The notes below the pieces were generated by a model. The model did not search any database and had not been told where the DNA came from. It saw only the letters and a program-made list of their open reading frames with translations. The position numbers and the translations under genes are program-made. A stretch of DNA of 63,055 nt, counting the filler, from Asterionella formosa (taxonomy: Eukaryota): the NCBI GenBank assembly GCA_002256025.1. It is 8 parts of 8 records of this genome, joined end to end, with 100 filler letters (N's around TTAATTAATTAA, not from the genome) between each part and the next. Parts side by side here need not be neighbours in the genome. Positions count along the whole stretch, not along the records: positions 26,467 to 52,798 come from NKIB01001749.1; positions 52,899 to 54,508 come from NKIB01001752.1; positions 54,609 to 56,218 come from NKIB01001753.1; positions 56,319 to 57,930 come from NKIB01001754.1; positions 58,031 to 59,639 come from NKIB01001755.1; 3 more parts are not named here. One strand, given 5' to 3'. Position 1 is the stretch's first letter. The number at the start of each line of letters is the position of its first letter. Below, in pieces: positions 47,215-58,528 of this stretch.

Positions 47215-48231
47215 ATGGCGCCTAGTTTGCTTGTTCGATTAACTTTCCTTGCGGCTTGGTTATTTTCTTCCACCTGGGCTTTTACTGCTCATCAATATGT
47301 GAAGAGTGCTGGCTTATCGAGCTTGTCGCCTCGCTTTTCCACCGCTACTGACGAAGGTCTTGAAATCACTAGTAAGGGGCTCCTAAAACGAGATCGATAC
47401 GTTGCCACCAACCGCTTTGCAGTCCGAAGAGACAAGCAAGCTAAATTTGAACAGCGCTGGGCGACACGTAAATCCCGGCTTGCGACACTCGATGGATTCA
47501 AGTACTTTCATTTGATGCGCCGAGTCACCCTAGAAGACGATGGCACGACCAAATACGACGGCGGCGATTCAGACACTGCCTTTGGAAACTATGTTTCCTT
47601 TACCATTTGGGAAAAGAAATCAGACTTTTCGGCTTGGAGATCGGGTGATGCGTTTAAAGAGGCCCATGGTGGTACTTCCATCGCCGCATTCATGTCAACA
47701 ATGCTCAATTCAGCTTTTGTTCTTCGCGGTGCACCAAGGCCTGCTTTCTACGATGCTATCCTCCTGCAGAAAAATGAGCCAAAGAATGTTCCGGTCACTG
47801 TGGATGGGTGGAGGCAAGTAGATTCTGACGGTGAAAATACTCTACCTGTGGAATGTTTCGTTGCTTGCAACCAGTTTTTCGTGTCGCCAGAGAATGCAGC
47901 AGCCTTTGAAATGCGCTGGGCTGATCGTGAGTCAAAGTTAAAGGAGTGTGAAGGGTTTGTTTCTTTTTCTATGCTGCGACGGGATGCGAAGGCCAAGGGT
48001 CACGGAACTTCTCCAATGACTGATGATGAACCTTCGTATTTGTCTACCACCATCTGGGAAAACCGTGCTGCGTTTGACTCCTGGAGAAAGGGAAGCTCCT
48101 TTCAACAAGCTCATGGCCAGAAAAAGAAAGGAGAAGCTCCAGAGGCTCCTGCTAAACCGCTATGGAATAAGCCGCCTCAGCCATTGTTTTACGAAGGGAC
48201 ACTCGTCATCACTAGTCCAGAAGGAGCCTAG
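47215..48231 (+). CDS. Tandem ABM / IsdG-HmoA-like heme-degrading monooxygenase, probably plastid-targeted
   Basis: Signal peptide ending TWA|FT. Two domains: ATNRF..FEQRW..TIWEKKSDFSAWRSGDAFKEAH and ACNQF..FEMRW..TIWENRAAFDSWRKGSSFQQAH. Confidence 0.82.
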   Translation: MAPSLLVRLTFLAAWLFSSTWAFTAHQYVKSAGLSSLSPRFSTATDEGLEITSKGLLKRDRYVATNRFAVRRDKQAKFEQRWATRKSRLATLDGFKYFHLMRRVTLEDDGTTKYDGGDSDTAFGNYVSFTIWEKKSDFSAWRSGDAFKEAHGGTSIAAFMSTMLNSAFVLRGAPRPAFYDAILLQKNEPKNVPVTVDGWRQVDSDGENTLPVECFVACNQFFVSPENAAAFEMRWADRESKLKECEGFVSFSMLRRDAKAKGHGTSPMTDDEPSYLSTTIWENRAAFDSWRKGSSFQQAHGQKKKGEAPEAPAKPLWNKPPQPLFYEGTLVITSPEGA

Positions 48232-48749
48232 AGTTTGCATTTTGTTCCTTGAGAAGCTGAGTATGCTGCTGGTACTGCATTTCCCTTTCTTAAGGTAACA
48301 TACGCTCATGCAAAATCCAAAACCTAATTATTCATAGTATCAGTCCGTCTTCATATAACTTTTCCAATCATTGCTACGTAGGAAATACGACAACGCCTTG
48401 ACTTTGAACGCACGGATTTATCTGAACGCAACGTTGTTTGTCGCATCTCTAATTAGTAGATGTTGTCCTATCATCCCCCATTCCAATGTCCCGGAAGCAC
48501 GTGCTAACATATTTAGTCTTGCTGTTGGTGGAAATACAATGTGAAGGCTGCAGAAATCAGAAAGGCCCAACATTCGGGCTTACACTGACCTACAGGTATA
48601 CTCAGATCGTGACGACATTTTCGAATCCAGTTTAACAAGTGGACAAGATTCTCGGCCATTTGACTTCCATTGTATCTACACATTCCAAACAGTTTCTTGC
48701 ATGTCAATTGAGTAAGATGCGCAACATTTCGCGCTTTATAATTAATTTG

Positions 48750-50726
48750 TTAGTATTGAGAAAGGTTGCCGACTTTCTTGGACAGCATTTCTTCCTTTCT
48801 AAGATTGGCTCGAAATGCATCCATCTTGTCGGCCAGGTCCTCTATTAAGTGAGCCTTATGATCGAGAATTTCTGTGAGGCGAGCTGCATAATCTTCGATT
48901 TCTTCCTCGGAAACATCGTTTCTTTGAACTGACTGGAGCATTTTGCCTTCTTCCGTCAAAAGCTCGGCATTGATTTGAATATTATTCATGTGCGTATTCA
49001 GTAATTGCTCTTCCTGTTCAAAGAGGGCTTGCACAGTTCGCCGAAGCTCTGCTTCATCCTCGTTGCGGGATACAGGTACACGAGCAGGGGCATCGGGAGG
49101 CTTGGGCAAAGGTCGAGGAAGCTGTTTGGAATGCATGGCGCTTGATTTGTCGTCACTAACTCCAACTCGTTTCTCTTTGATTCGATCGGCATATCTCAAA
49201 GTGTTAAGAGTGTGATCAGCGGACGAAGCACCAGGAGACATCGTTGCAATCATGGTGGTTCTCGCTTGACTTGATGTAAAGCAGTCTTTCAGAACCAAAG
49301 TCAATTTGGAGGCCCGGTAAGGAACGTGGTTGTTACCCGGCTTGTCCAAGGCACGGATACATTCCTTTAGCGCCAGCAACGACGTATTGATTTCCGCGCT
49401 TTCATTGCGTCGTTGTGAATTATGCTGCTTTGTATCCGTTCCGCGTTCACTCCCTGCTAAATCCACCAAACTCATTTTCCCCGACAGCTTTCCAGTGACC
49501 TTGTTTCGCAAAAAAATCTGCGGCAAAAAATAATTAATTTTGTGAGTGATTGCAGCAAACACAAAAAATGTCCACAAATTATCTCTGGACAGACCTGGCA
49601 GATTGCGTGCGATCGTGATGATGTGTCATTCGCTTCAGTGGCATGCGTCGTTCGGATCAGATTTCCAGTGGTCACCATTTCCAATAAATGGGGTGCGTCT
49701 TGCGCTTCGTGTTCTTGCAGACCAGTAACAACAATTTCACCTTGACCGTCCTCGAGAATCTTGAGTCTGTTACGGTCGTTAAGTAAATCTTGAATAAACC
49801 CTCCGTAAATCTCAAAAAAGGCCACCGTCACTTTCGTGTTGTCCAAAGAACATCCGCGTGTTCCTTCCTGTAGTAGATTAAATAATTCTTCAACCACCAT
49901 GTTCTGAATTCCTTGCATGGTGTATGTCTTGACGAAAAACGTTTGTTGGTGAAATTCCTGTTTGCAAAAACAACAAGAAGGGGCAAGCTACACTTTACCT
50001 TTCCTGACCCTGTCTGGCCATATGCAAAGACTGTCGCTCTACCACCTGTTCCCAAAAGTGTGAATTCCAATAGCGGTAGTGTCGAATATTCGTAAACTTC
50101 CTGCGTAGTCACTAACTCATCAAAGGCATGGTCCAACGAAAATGATGAATGATCTAAATATTTGCTAATCCCGTCAACACGTAATTTGCTTGCATGCACC
50201 CACACCACTGGATGCAAGCATGTCACGCAGTCATGATCTTTTCGTGTCACTTCCTTTTCTGAGATTGGTCGTTTTCTCACGCAAATGACAATCCTCGCCT
50301 CTCCATCAGCCGAGTGGGGATTAGCTTCCATGGCATGCTCCTCCCTCCACTTTGCAATGATGGTGTTGAAATCAACGTCGCCAGTTATTCCAGCTGCCTT
50401 TTGACGGGTGGCTTCTTGAGCTCTTTCTAGCTTCCTCTGTATGTATAATCGGGTGAGAAAAGGTAATGCACAATCTGGTTCTAATTAGAACACAGCAGAT
50501 GTGTCGGGCAATTCGCATGTGTCAGAGTCACGTCACCCACCTCCTGCATGGCCTTGCGCCGCTCTTCCCTTTCTTCTTCCATCTTTTCAATTTTAATGCG
50601 AGTAGCATCCTTGGGACGGCCTCCCACGGAATTCTGGAAATGTGCAGGTGAGATACAATTCTGAGCACCAAAAGCGGCTTTGGAACTGTCTTGGCAGTAC
50701 ATATAACTCACTCGTTTACTGCTCAT
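48750..50726 (-). CDS. Kinesin-13 family motor (exons 50726-50541, 50436-49999, 49927-49595, 49517-48750)
   Basis: Motifs ICVRKRP, KLRVDG (kinesin-13 KVD loop), [46 protein letters not shown] and [10 protein letters not shown]. All three introns are GT-AG and in frame. Confidence 0.92.
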
Positions 50727-51203
50727 TTCTTTGGATCGATAGATGCTAATAGATTCAATTCACCAAATTAGATTTTCCTAGACTCGCTTCTATCGTTTCG
50801 GTAAGAAGAGCATCAAGCGAATGGTGTGCAAACCACGACGGCGAAGATCAAAAAGGAACAGGAACAGGAACAGGAACAATAAAATATAATAGTCTTAATT
50901 GCATGCTTGTTGGCTTATTTCATACCGGTACTCATATCGTCAAGACGGCCAGTACGCGCTACGAGCTCGAAATCAATTCAAATTTCTATTCGCCCTTGTT
51001 AGCCCCTCACGGATCGATCATACATCTGTTCCTGCCAGTGCTACATTGCATATCCGTAGATACATCTCATGTCGGGTACCTGGTACCGGTATGGCTATTG
51101 TACTGTATCCGTGGCTAATATGCTTATTTGTTTGAATATATATTTACAGTGATGTACAGCATCATGATGATAAGCGAAAATTGTATTGCTGCAAAACTCT
51201 GCC

Positions 51204-51956
51204 TTACTTAACAAATAGACCACTACTCCAGGTGTCATACAATAAATATATGCCTCCAATGCTTTGTAGGAGAGCCATTGCTATCAGCTCTTTCTGTGAT
51301 ATTGTTTTGATTCCGCACTCAAGTGCCAAGAAGATTCCTAGCCCCATGACTGAAAAAGCTGCCAAAAAGATCCAATCAACATCAAGCATGAGATTGAAGC
51401 ATGTCCAGACAGCTTCGCCAAATAAAATGACAACCACGACACATTTCGCTTGGTTCTTAGTCGAAATCCGTGAGAGCGTAGTCCATTTCTTGCATAGCCC
51501 ATCACTGTCATAATCCATGTATTCAGTCCATAGTTGTGATCGCGTAATCAAAAATAATAGGTGGATCCAATAGTGTTCATTGCAGCCTGCCATATGCCAT
51601 GTTCCTTCCCGATACAAAATGCTCAGCAAAGACGATGATTCGGAACCTTTCTTTCTCCAATTTCCTAAAATAGTGACCATTCCAAATCCGAGATATACAA
51701 GCACCAGCTCCCACGGTGATTGAATGGAGCCAGAATTGTAGAGCATATTTATGACAACTCCAACTATGAACCACAGCATGTACCGAAAGGGCTGTCCAGA
51801 TTCTATCCCCTAAAACAGTAACGTGATGACTGTCAAACCACAAGCTAAACCCAAGACTTGTCGTATTCTTTCTTTAGCCCATCCCTTTGGACCAAACACC
51901 CAATTTCCTTTTCTCGGTGATGTTACGTCGCAATGGTGATCTGCATTGTCGTTCAT
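51204..51956 (-). pseudogene. Multi-pass membrane protein ORF interrupted by an in-frame TAG (51812-51810)
   Basis: MNDNAD..LTVITLLF*GIESGQPFRYMLWFIV.. stays in one frame through the stop. Several hydrophobic segments. Confidence 0.5.
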
Positions 51957-52070
51957 GGCGTACAGGAAGGCATTCAAAGGCAAGCAAACGAAGACGATGT
52001 GCGCCTTCAGCTTTTGGATTATTATGGCTGCAGTGTGCAACTGATGGTTTTATGTACCAGGGTACCAGGT

Positions 52071-52798
52071 TGTTGAAATGGTCCGTACTCCTTCCCGCGG
52101 GTTGGGTCTCTCTTCACGTAGACTCTTACGTGATCGTAGTACTACCTAGTACCACTCACTTTCTCTCTTGTCTCTGCTTCTAGCCTTCCTGCTAGATAGA
52201 CTAATTGACCTTCCTGTCAATTAACACACTGTTTCCTCGGTTGATAATCTAAATCTCAAATTAAATTATAAGCTAAACTAAATGTTTCCTTTCCATGCAT
52301 CTTTGCTTCCTGCAAAGTCATTCTAAGACTCTCTTCGAGTTTCCACTTAACATTTCCATAGAAATCTTCAATCTCTGATCTCGTTAGACAGCTGATTGAC
52401 GTGGCAATGCAATATTCGACTCGTTCGATTACAATCGAGTCCACAATCCTTGTGACTCGGGCTAATATTCTTGACATCCTCCCCATTGCCACGCTCAAGA
52501 GGCTGTAACATCGTTCCACTCTGAACTGGTTCGGACAATCTCGTATGAATCTGTTCCTTCACGTATTCACCATACTTGTCCTCTTTCCAAACATATTCCA
52601 CTCCTAGGTGTTTCTGTGGAATACCCTGCTCGGTAATATTGAAATCTTCCTTGATAACATTTTTCATATACTCCACTGCACTTGGAGTCCCACATACAAT
52701 ACCGTCATCCACGTAATTAACAAGTAGACCATCAATTTGTCCATCCTTGTTCCGGTGCATAAATAACATAGGGTCGATCTTGCTCTTCGTCATACCTG
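52071..52798 (-). mobile_element. Ty1/Copia 3' end: RT fragment, PPT and 406-bp LTR (52071-52476)
   Basis: SKIDPMLF..VNYVDDG..KHLGVEY. On the minus strand the PPT GGGGAGGA is followed by TGTCAAG..TTTCAACA. Truncated by the contig end. Confidence 0.92.
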
Positions 52799-52898
52799 NN
52801 NNNNNNNNNNNNNNNNNNNNNNNNNNNNNNNNNNNNNNNNNNTTAATTAATTAANNNNNNNNNNNNNNNNNNNNNNNNNNNNNNNNNNNNNNNNNNNN

Positions 52899-53626
52899 CA
52901 GGTATGACGAAGAGCAAGATCGACCCTATGTTATTTATGCACCGGAACAAGGATGGACAAATTGATGGTCTACTTGTTAATTACGTGGATGACGGTATTG
53001 TATGTGGGACTCCAAGTGCAGTGGAGTATATGAAAAATGTTATCAAGGAAGATTTCAATATTACCGAGCAGGGTATTCTACAGAAACACCTAGGAGTGGA
53101 ATATGTTTGGAAAGAGGACAAGTATGGTGAATACGTGAAGGAACAGATTCATAAGAGATTGTCCGAACCAGTTCAGAGTGGAACGATGTTACAGCCTCTT
53201 GAGCGTGGCAATGGGGAGGATGTCAAGAATATTAGCCCGAGTCACAAGGATTGTGGACTCGATTGTAATCGAACGAGTCGAATATTGCATTGCCACGTCA
53301 ATCAGCTGTCTAACGAGATCAGAGATTGAAGATTTCTATGGAAATGTTAAGTGGAAACTCGAAGAGAGTCTTAGAATGACTTTGCAGGAAGCAAAGATGC
53401 ATGGAAAGGAAACATTTAGTTTAGCTTATAATTTAATTTGAGATTTAGATTATCAACCGAGGAAACAGTGTGTTAATTGACAGGAAGGTCAATTAGTCTA
53501 TCTAGCAGGAAGGCTAGAAGCAGAGACAAGAGAGAAAGTGAGTGGTACTAGGTAGTACTACGATCACGTAAGAGTCTACGTGAAGAGAGACCCAACCCGC
53601 GGGAAGGAGTACGGACCATTTCAACA
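52899..53626 (+). mobile_element. Ty1/Copia 3' end, second copy (LTR 53221-53626)
   Basis: Near-identical to the previous copy but with substitutions (GIPQ/GILQ, IHTR/IHKR) and a different outer flank. Confidence 0.92.
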
Positions 53627-53802
53627 AATACCTATACCAGGGTTACCTGGCACCCTGGCACCCTGGTACCCTGGTACCAGGTACCATGAATTTACGCGAA
53701 GAAATATTTATTTATGATTTACGCAGGTCATAGAGAGATAATAAATACTACGGCGTACAAGGTACCAGGTGCGTACCGGTAATACGTGTCACATGTACCC
53801 TG

Positions 53803-54508
53803 TGAGCAATCCTGCACATCGATACAGATATATATAGAGTTGGGGTTATGTCAAATATATCGGAATTCAATAATGAGAGAACTCGACTAACACCCATTCT
53901 ATACTTTGATGTCAGTTCAGGAAATGAGTTATACATAAGGATTAATTAATAAGCTCATATATTCAACAAATACTACTACTTCTAGTTAGATACTTCACTT
54001 TGAATTCAAAAAGAGTCGAATTAGAAGACAACAAACATGGCAATGTATTCAAGGGTTCCTGTGATTCCTTTGATCAAAGACTACAATGTATTGACTATCA
54101 AAACTAAAACGTTCAGAGTTGCTTTAACCGGTGGAAGGTTTGAATCGTTTGATCAAGATATGATCGATGGAAGCTCAGTGGAAGCATTGTTAATTGGAGT
54201 TAGTCAATTTCGTGATATGGCTAACACATGTGACTTTAGCCCTGCAGATACCTTTTCCTATTTTAAAAGGTGTTTGACAGACATTGCCTTATCGGATTGG
54301 TTGAATGTGGAAGTACACCCAGAAGATCAATCTTACGATAGTTTCGAAGAAGCGATGGCTTTATGGTTAGACGATCGTTTGCCAAATGAGAGTTTTCAAC
54401 ATCAACGACAATGGATGCTACGTTATTTATCTAAACCCTTTTCCATGTTGGTAATGGATTACGGAGCTCGTATTAAAACTTTAAACAGGCTACTTCAACT
54501 AATGCCTC
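53803..54508 (+). mobile_element. Ty3/Gypsy 5' LTR (53803-53997) and truncated gag ORF (from 54037)
   Basis: TGAG..ACTTCA repeat shared with 55042-55238 and 56319-56444. ORF PVIPL..FKRCL..W..QRQWM..KPFSM..ARIKTLN resembles a Gypsy gag. Confidence 0.78.
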
Positions 54509-54608
54509 NNNNNNNNNNNNNNNNNNNNNNNNNNNNNNNNNNNNNNNNNNNNTTAATTAATTAANNNNNNNNNNNNNNNNNNNNNNNNNNNNNNNNNNNN
54601 NNNNNNNN

Positions 54609-55238
54609 ATATTGGACCGAAATCTTCAGCATCAACATCCATTTCTACTTTCTCAATTGAAGTAGATGATGAACCTTTGTTTACCTGTTCCCTCAATCAT
54701 CCAATTTTGGCAGACAATATTCAATATCCTCTGGAATATTACTCAATACATGATAGACAATTGCTGGATATACAATTGATTCTCAATCAAACAACTCATC
54801 TCATTCTCAATCAACAAACCAAACACATCTGTTAAATTTTCCCTCTATCAATTTTCATCATATACATTTCATGTATTTTGTAAAGAATCCAGGAGATACT
54901 TGACGTATTGTTATTCCTACATCACTATCGAATCCTATGGTACAGTTACTTTTCAACAAACTATGCATACAACGGAACGAATTAATATCCATTACATCAA
55001 ACCTTTTCAAAGGTAAAAGGTTTTCCCTTGGTGTGGGAGAGTGAGCGATCTTGCGCATCAATACAGATGTATATAGGGTTAGTGTTATATCATATATGTA
55101 TCAGAACTCAATAATGAGAGAACTCGACTAACCCTCATTGTATACTTTGGTGTCGACTTGGAGAACGAGTTACACACAAGGATTAACAAATAAGCTCATA
55201 TATTCAACAAATACTACTACTTCTAGTTAGATACTTCA
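54609..55238 (+). mobile_element. Ty3/Gypsy 3' end: degenerate integrase tail, PPT and LTR (55042-55238)
   Basis: GTVTFQQTMHTTERINIHYINLF resembles a Gypsy integrase C-terminus. Purine tract GGGAGAG precedes TGAG..ACTTCA. Confidence 0.78.
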
Positions 55239-55331
55239 ACAGGTACCCTGGTTTCCAGGTAACATACCGGGACTTTTCCCAAAACGGGATGAAACTGGAA
55301 AAACTATTCGTAAATTCAACTGCCCATTGGC

Positions 55332-55420
55332 ATTTGCACCACCATTGCACCACAATTGCACCACCAATTGCACCACCAATTGCACCACTTTATTACTTAG
55401 AGTAACCTGAATTGCACCAG
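55332..55420. repeat. ATTGCACCA(C) short-unit array
   Basis: Five adjacent TTGCACCAC units plus a sixth near 55411. Confidence 0.8.
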
Positions 55421-55519
55421 ACTATATCAAATCCGTGCAACTATATAAATATACATAACTGTATAGGAATACATGTGATCCTCAAAATTACAGCCCGCCA
55501 ACATTTGATGAATAATTTG

Positions 55520-56218
55520 TTCACTTAACTTGCCGATTTCGCATCCATATACTTGAATTGTTAGAATGAGTATGAAGAATACACGTGGTGAGACTAAAAA
55601 GCTTGCCAATCTACCTCGGGATGTCTTATAGCTATGCCAAGGATATACCAGCAGATATTGAAGATAAAGTAGCCCAAGGAATTCTGAATGCTTTGGACAA
55701 ATTGAAAAAGACATCTGTTGACTGACGCTTGGCAAAATTGACTGGTACAAGTGCACTCCGGTATCGTACAGAGCTAAGCTATGAGGTTCACTTTCATGGT
55801 CTTAAAAAATTCTTCAAGTTGATTGATGATTATGAGTCACTGTTGATGCTTAGGGACAAATGTCCTGCAAACTGTCCATTGATGAAGGTAGAATCCCTTG
55901 TAATGTATGTATAGTGGAAATACAATGCATCAAGTATGACATTATTGGATCTTGGTGGAAAGGAAGTTTATGATGTCATGGGGCATCTTATAAAATGTCG
56001 TGGGGATTGGAATGCCCCTGAAAAGCGTAAGGGATTTCGTACTGTAGTATGGTGCATTCATAAGGCTCACAATCAAACTGGTAACTACATACAGGCTTGT
56101 CAAGACTGTCGTGATATGCTGTTTGATGAGTGGTATAAGGGATGCAGTACCCACAAGGGTCATCCTGCTCTACTTAGATCTGGTAATCCTGCATACGATT
56201 TGGTCTTTACAGATTGTT
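55520..56218 (+). pseudogene. Degenerate TE-like ORF (possibly Crypton-related)
   Basis: Stop-interrupted frame ending KCRGDWNAPEK..C..C..GCSTHKGHPALLRSGNP. The family assignment is only a recollected resemblance. Confidence 0.3.
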
Positions 56219-56318
56219 NNNNNNNNNNNNNNNNNNNNNNNNNNNNNNNNNNNNNNNNNNNNTTAATTAATTAANNNNNNNNNNNNNNNNNNNNNNNNNN
56301 NNNNNNNNNNNNNNNNNN

Positions 56319-56444
56319 AATGAGAGAACTCGACTAACCCTCATTGTATAGTTTGGTGTCGACTTGGAGAACGAGTTACACACAAGGATTAACAAATAAG
56401 CTCATATATTCAACAAATACTACTACTTCTAGTTAGATACTTCA
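56319..56444 (+). mobile_element. Partial Gypsy LTR (3' part)
   Basis: Near-identical to about 55113-55238. Confidence 0.85.
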
Positions 56445-58288
56445 CCTGGTACCAGGTACCACGTACCAATACGGCCAATATTACTCCGTGCCTGTGACTA
56501 CCGGTAAACAGATGTCCTGGTACCATACCCCAGGTACCAGGTACTAACCAATTACACGTATGTGCAGGTGCATGAAAATAATAATTATAAAATATCGATC
56601 GTCATTTCAAATCAGTACTGGTCACCAGTACAAATATACAAAGGTAGAAGATACAAGTACATTATACTGTACAGTAAAGTGTTAACATTGTCGTACAACC
56701 ATTATCATTGACATCAAAAACAAACACACCATGACGATCACACCGTCCATTGTTTCTCATTCAATTCTTGTCCAAATGGCAACGTCTTTACTTGATTCAG
56801 TGAACCCAACTCATCCTTCAAATATGACATGAAAATCTGTTTCGTACCAACACCAATTACATTTTTCAAACGATATCATCGATGTACCATCATGCCGCAA
56901 CTGTTGCGGTGCCCACGGAATTGCAATACCATACCAAAAAGTAATAACAAATCTTGCCACTCCACCATGTCATTCAGGAGGCACCCGTGAATGCGAATTA
57001 TATATATATGACATGCATAACATTATAATAATGTGTAACATTTTTACATGGCCATCGCTCTGGTAAGTACAACACAGTGCACTTCTACATATGGATATCA
57101 AAAGGCAAACAACAGGTACTGGGCGCGCTCTGATAATAAAAAATTATTATATCATGTGTATTATAACACAAATCATTGTACCCATAACCCCAAAATTTGG
57201 TCAACACAAACACAAATTTTTACAGTTATAAATAACAGTGCATTATATAAAAAGATGTTTAGACATGAATGACTATAAAGAATTTCCCGGAATATTTCAA
57301 GACTTGCTTGCTCATACCCGAAATGGCTTGCTCTTTCCAAAAAAGATGTTGGTATCATGCATATACATATACACATCAATCATCCTAAAGGTATCATGAA
57401 TCCTCGTCTGCTTCCAGTTTTGTTGTGATCATGTCTTCTTGCTCACAATCCACCTGCAATACAATCTTAGTTGTTGCAGCCACAATCAATTCTTGTGCAA
57501 TGTCTGCACTGATAGATGACTATAAGGCGAAATGAAGAAACTGAGCACATTATATCATTCTATACATTTGTTTGTTAGCTTTAATGTCACTATATCGTCA
57601 ACACTGAATACATTTGCTGTGCTTGTAAATGAAGATATTGTGTTCACTACAGGCCTTTGTTACTGTAGCATACTTTGTACAATGGTGTCTGCAGCATGGA
57701 ACTTATTTTTCAGACAAAACACAGTCCACTGAATTTCTCCGCTGGTACCTCATGATCGTCTCCGCCATCTACTACAAGCTGCAATACATTTGGATTTGCT
57801 GCCAATTTCTCTCGCAGCTGTTGAAATTGATTTTCAATGTCATCAAGACTGGATTGAATTCATCTCCGTCCCCATGGGAAGAATTGATACAAAAAAACTT
57901 GTCGTTGAAAGTCGGGAATAAGTTGGGCGTNNNNNNNNNNNNNNNNNNNNNNNNNNNNNNNNNNNNNNNNNNNNTTAATTAATTAANNNNNNNNNNNNNN
58001 NNNNNNNNNNNNNNNNNNNNNNNNNNNNNNATTCTATTGCCTATTACCTTGTCATGAATTCCCGGACCAGGTACCAGGGTACCAGGTACCTGTAATTAGA
58101 TAGCGGGTATGTCTCTATGCACATGACTCAATCTGTTCAATTCTCGACTCAGTGGTTGTCGTTCTTTGGTGTTGTGGCTGAACATTACCACACACGGCCG
58201 CTATAATGATTGTACCGGTATTGTGCATCTTTGATGCACACCATAATATTTTTGTGTATTTTATGTAGATGTCAATAAAAGTACTGCC

Positions 58289-58525
58289 CTGCAGGCGTAT
58301 TTTCCGTTATTTTATTAGTAACAACGGAAATGATACCCGCGTGAAAACGTCAGTATCACTGATACCGTTTTTGGAGGGAGCAAAAAAAGGTATCAATTTT
58401 GTATCAATGATACAAAATTGATACCATCAAGTTACCGTTGCTGATACCGTGTTTTGATACCAACCGTCATTTTTTGCCCACAACCCGGAAATGATACAGC
58501 AAATTCGGAATGATAAGAACGACCC
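58289..58525. mobile_element. Terminal segment of an adjacent Harbinger-family element
   Basis: Ends in AATGATAAGAACGACCC immediately before TAA. Homologous to 46383-46612. Confidence 0.82.
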
Positions 58526-58528
58526 TAA

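Noticed and set aside
52071..53626. Apparent 728-bp giant inverted repeat / foldback element
   Set aside because: The centre is the artificial linker. These are two contigs that break at the same base of a Copia repeat, so the hairpin is not evidence of a real structure.
56600..57930. Possible decayed gene or TE on the minus strand
   Set aside because: Composition looks coding-like, but I could not recognise any motif to support a call.
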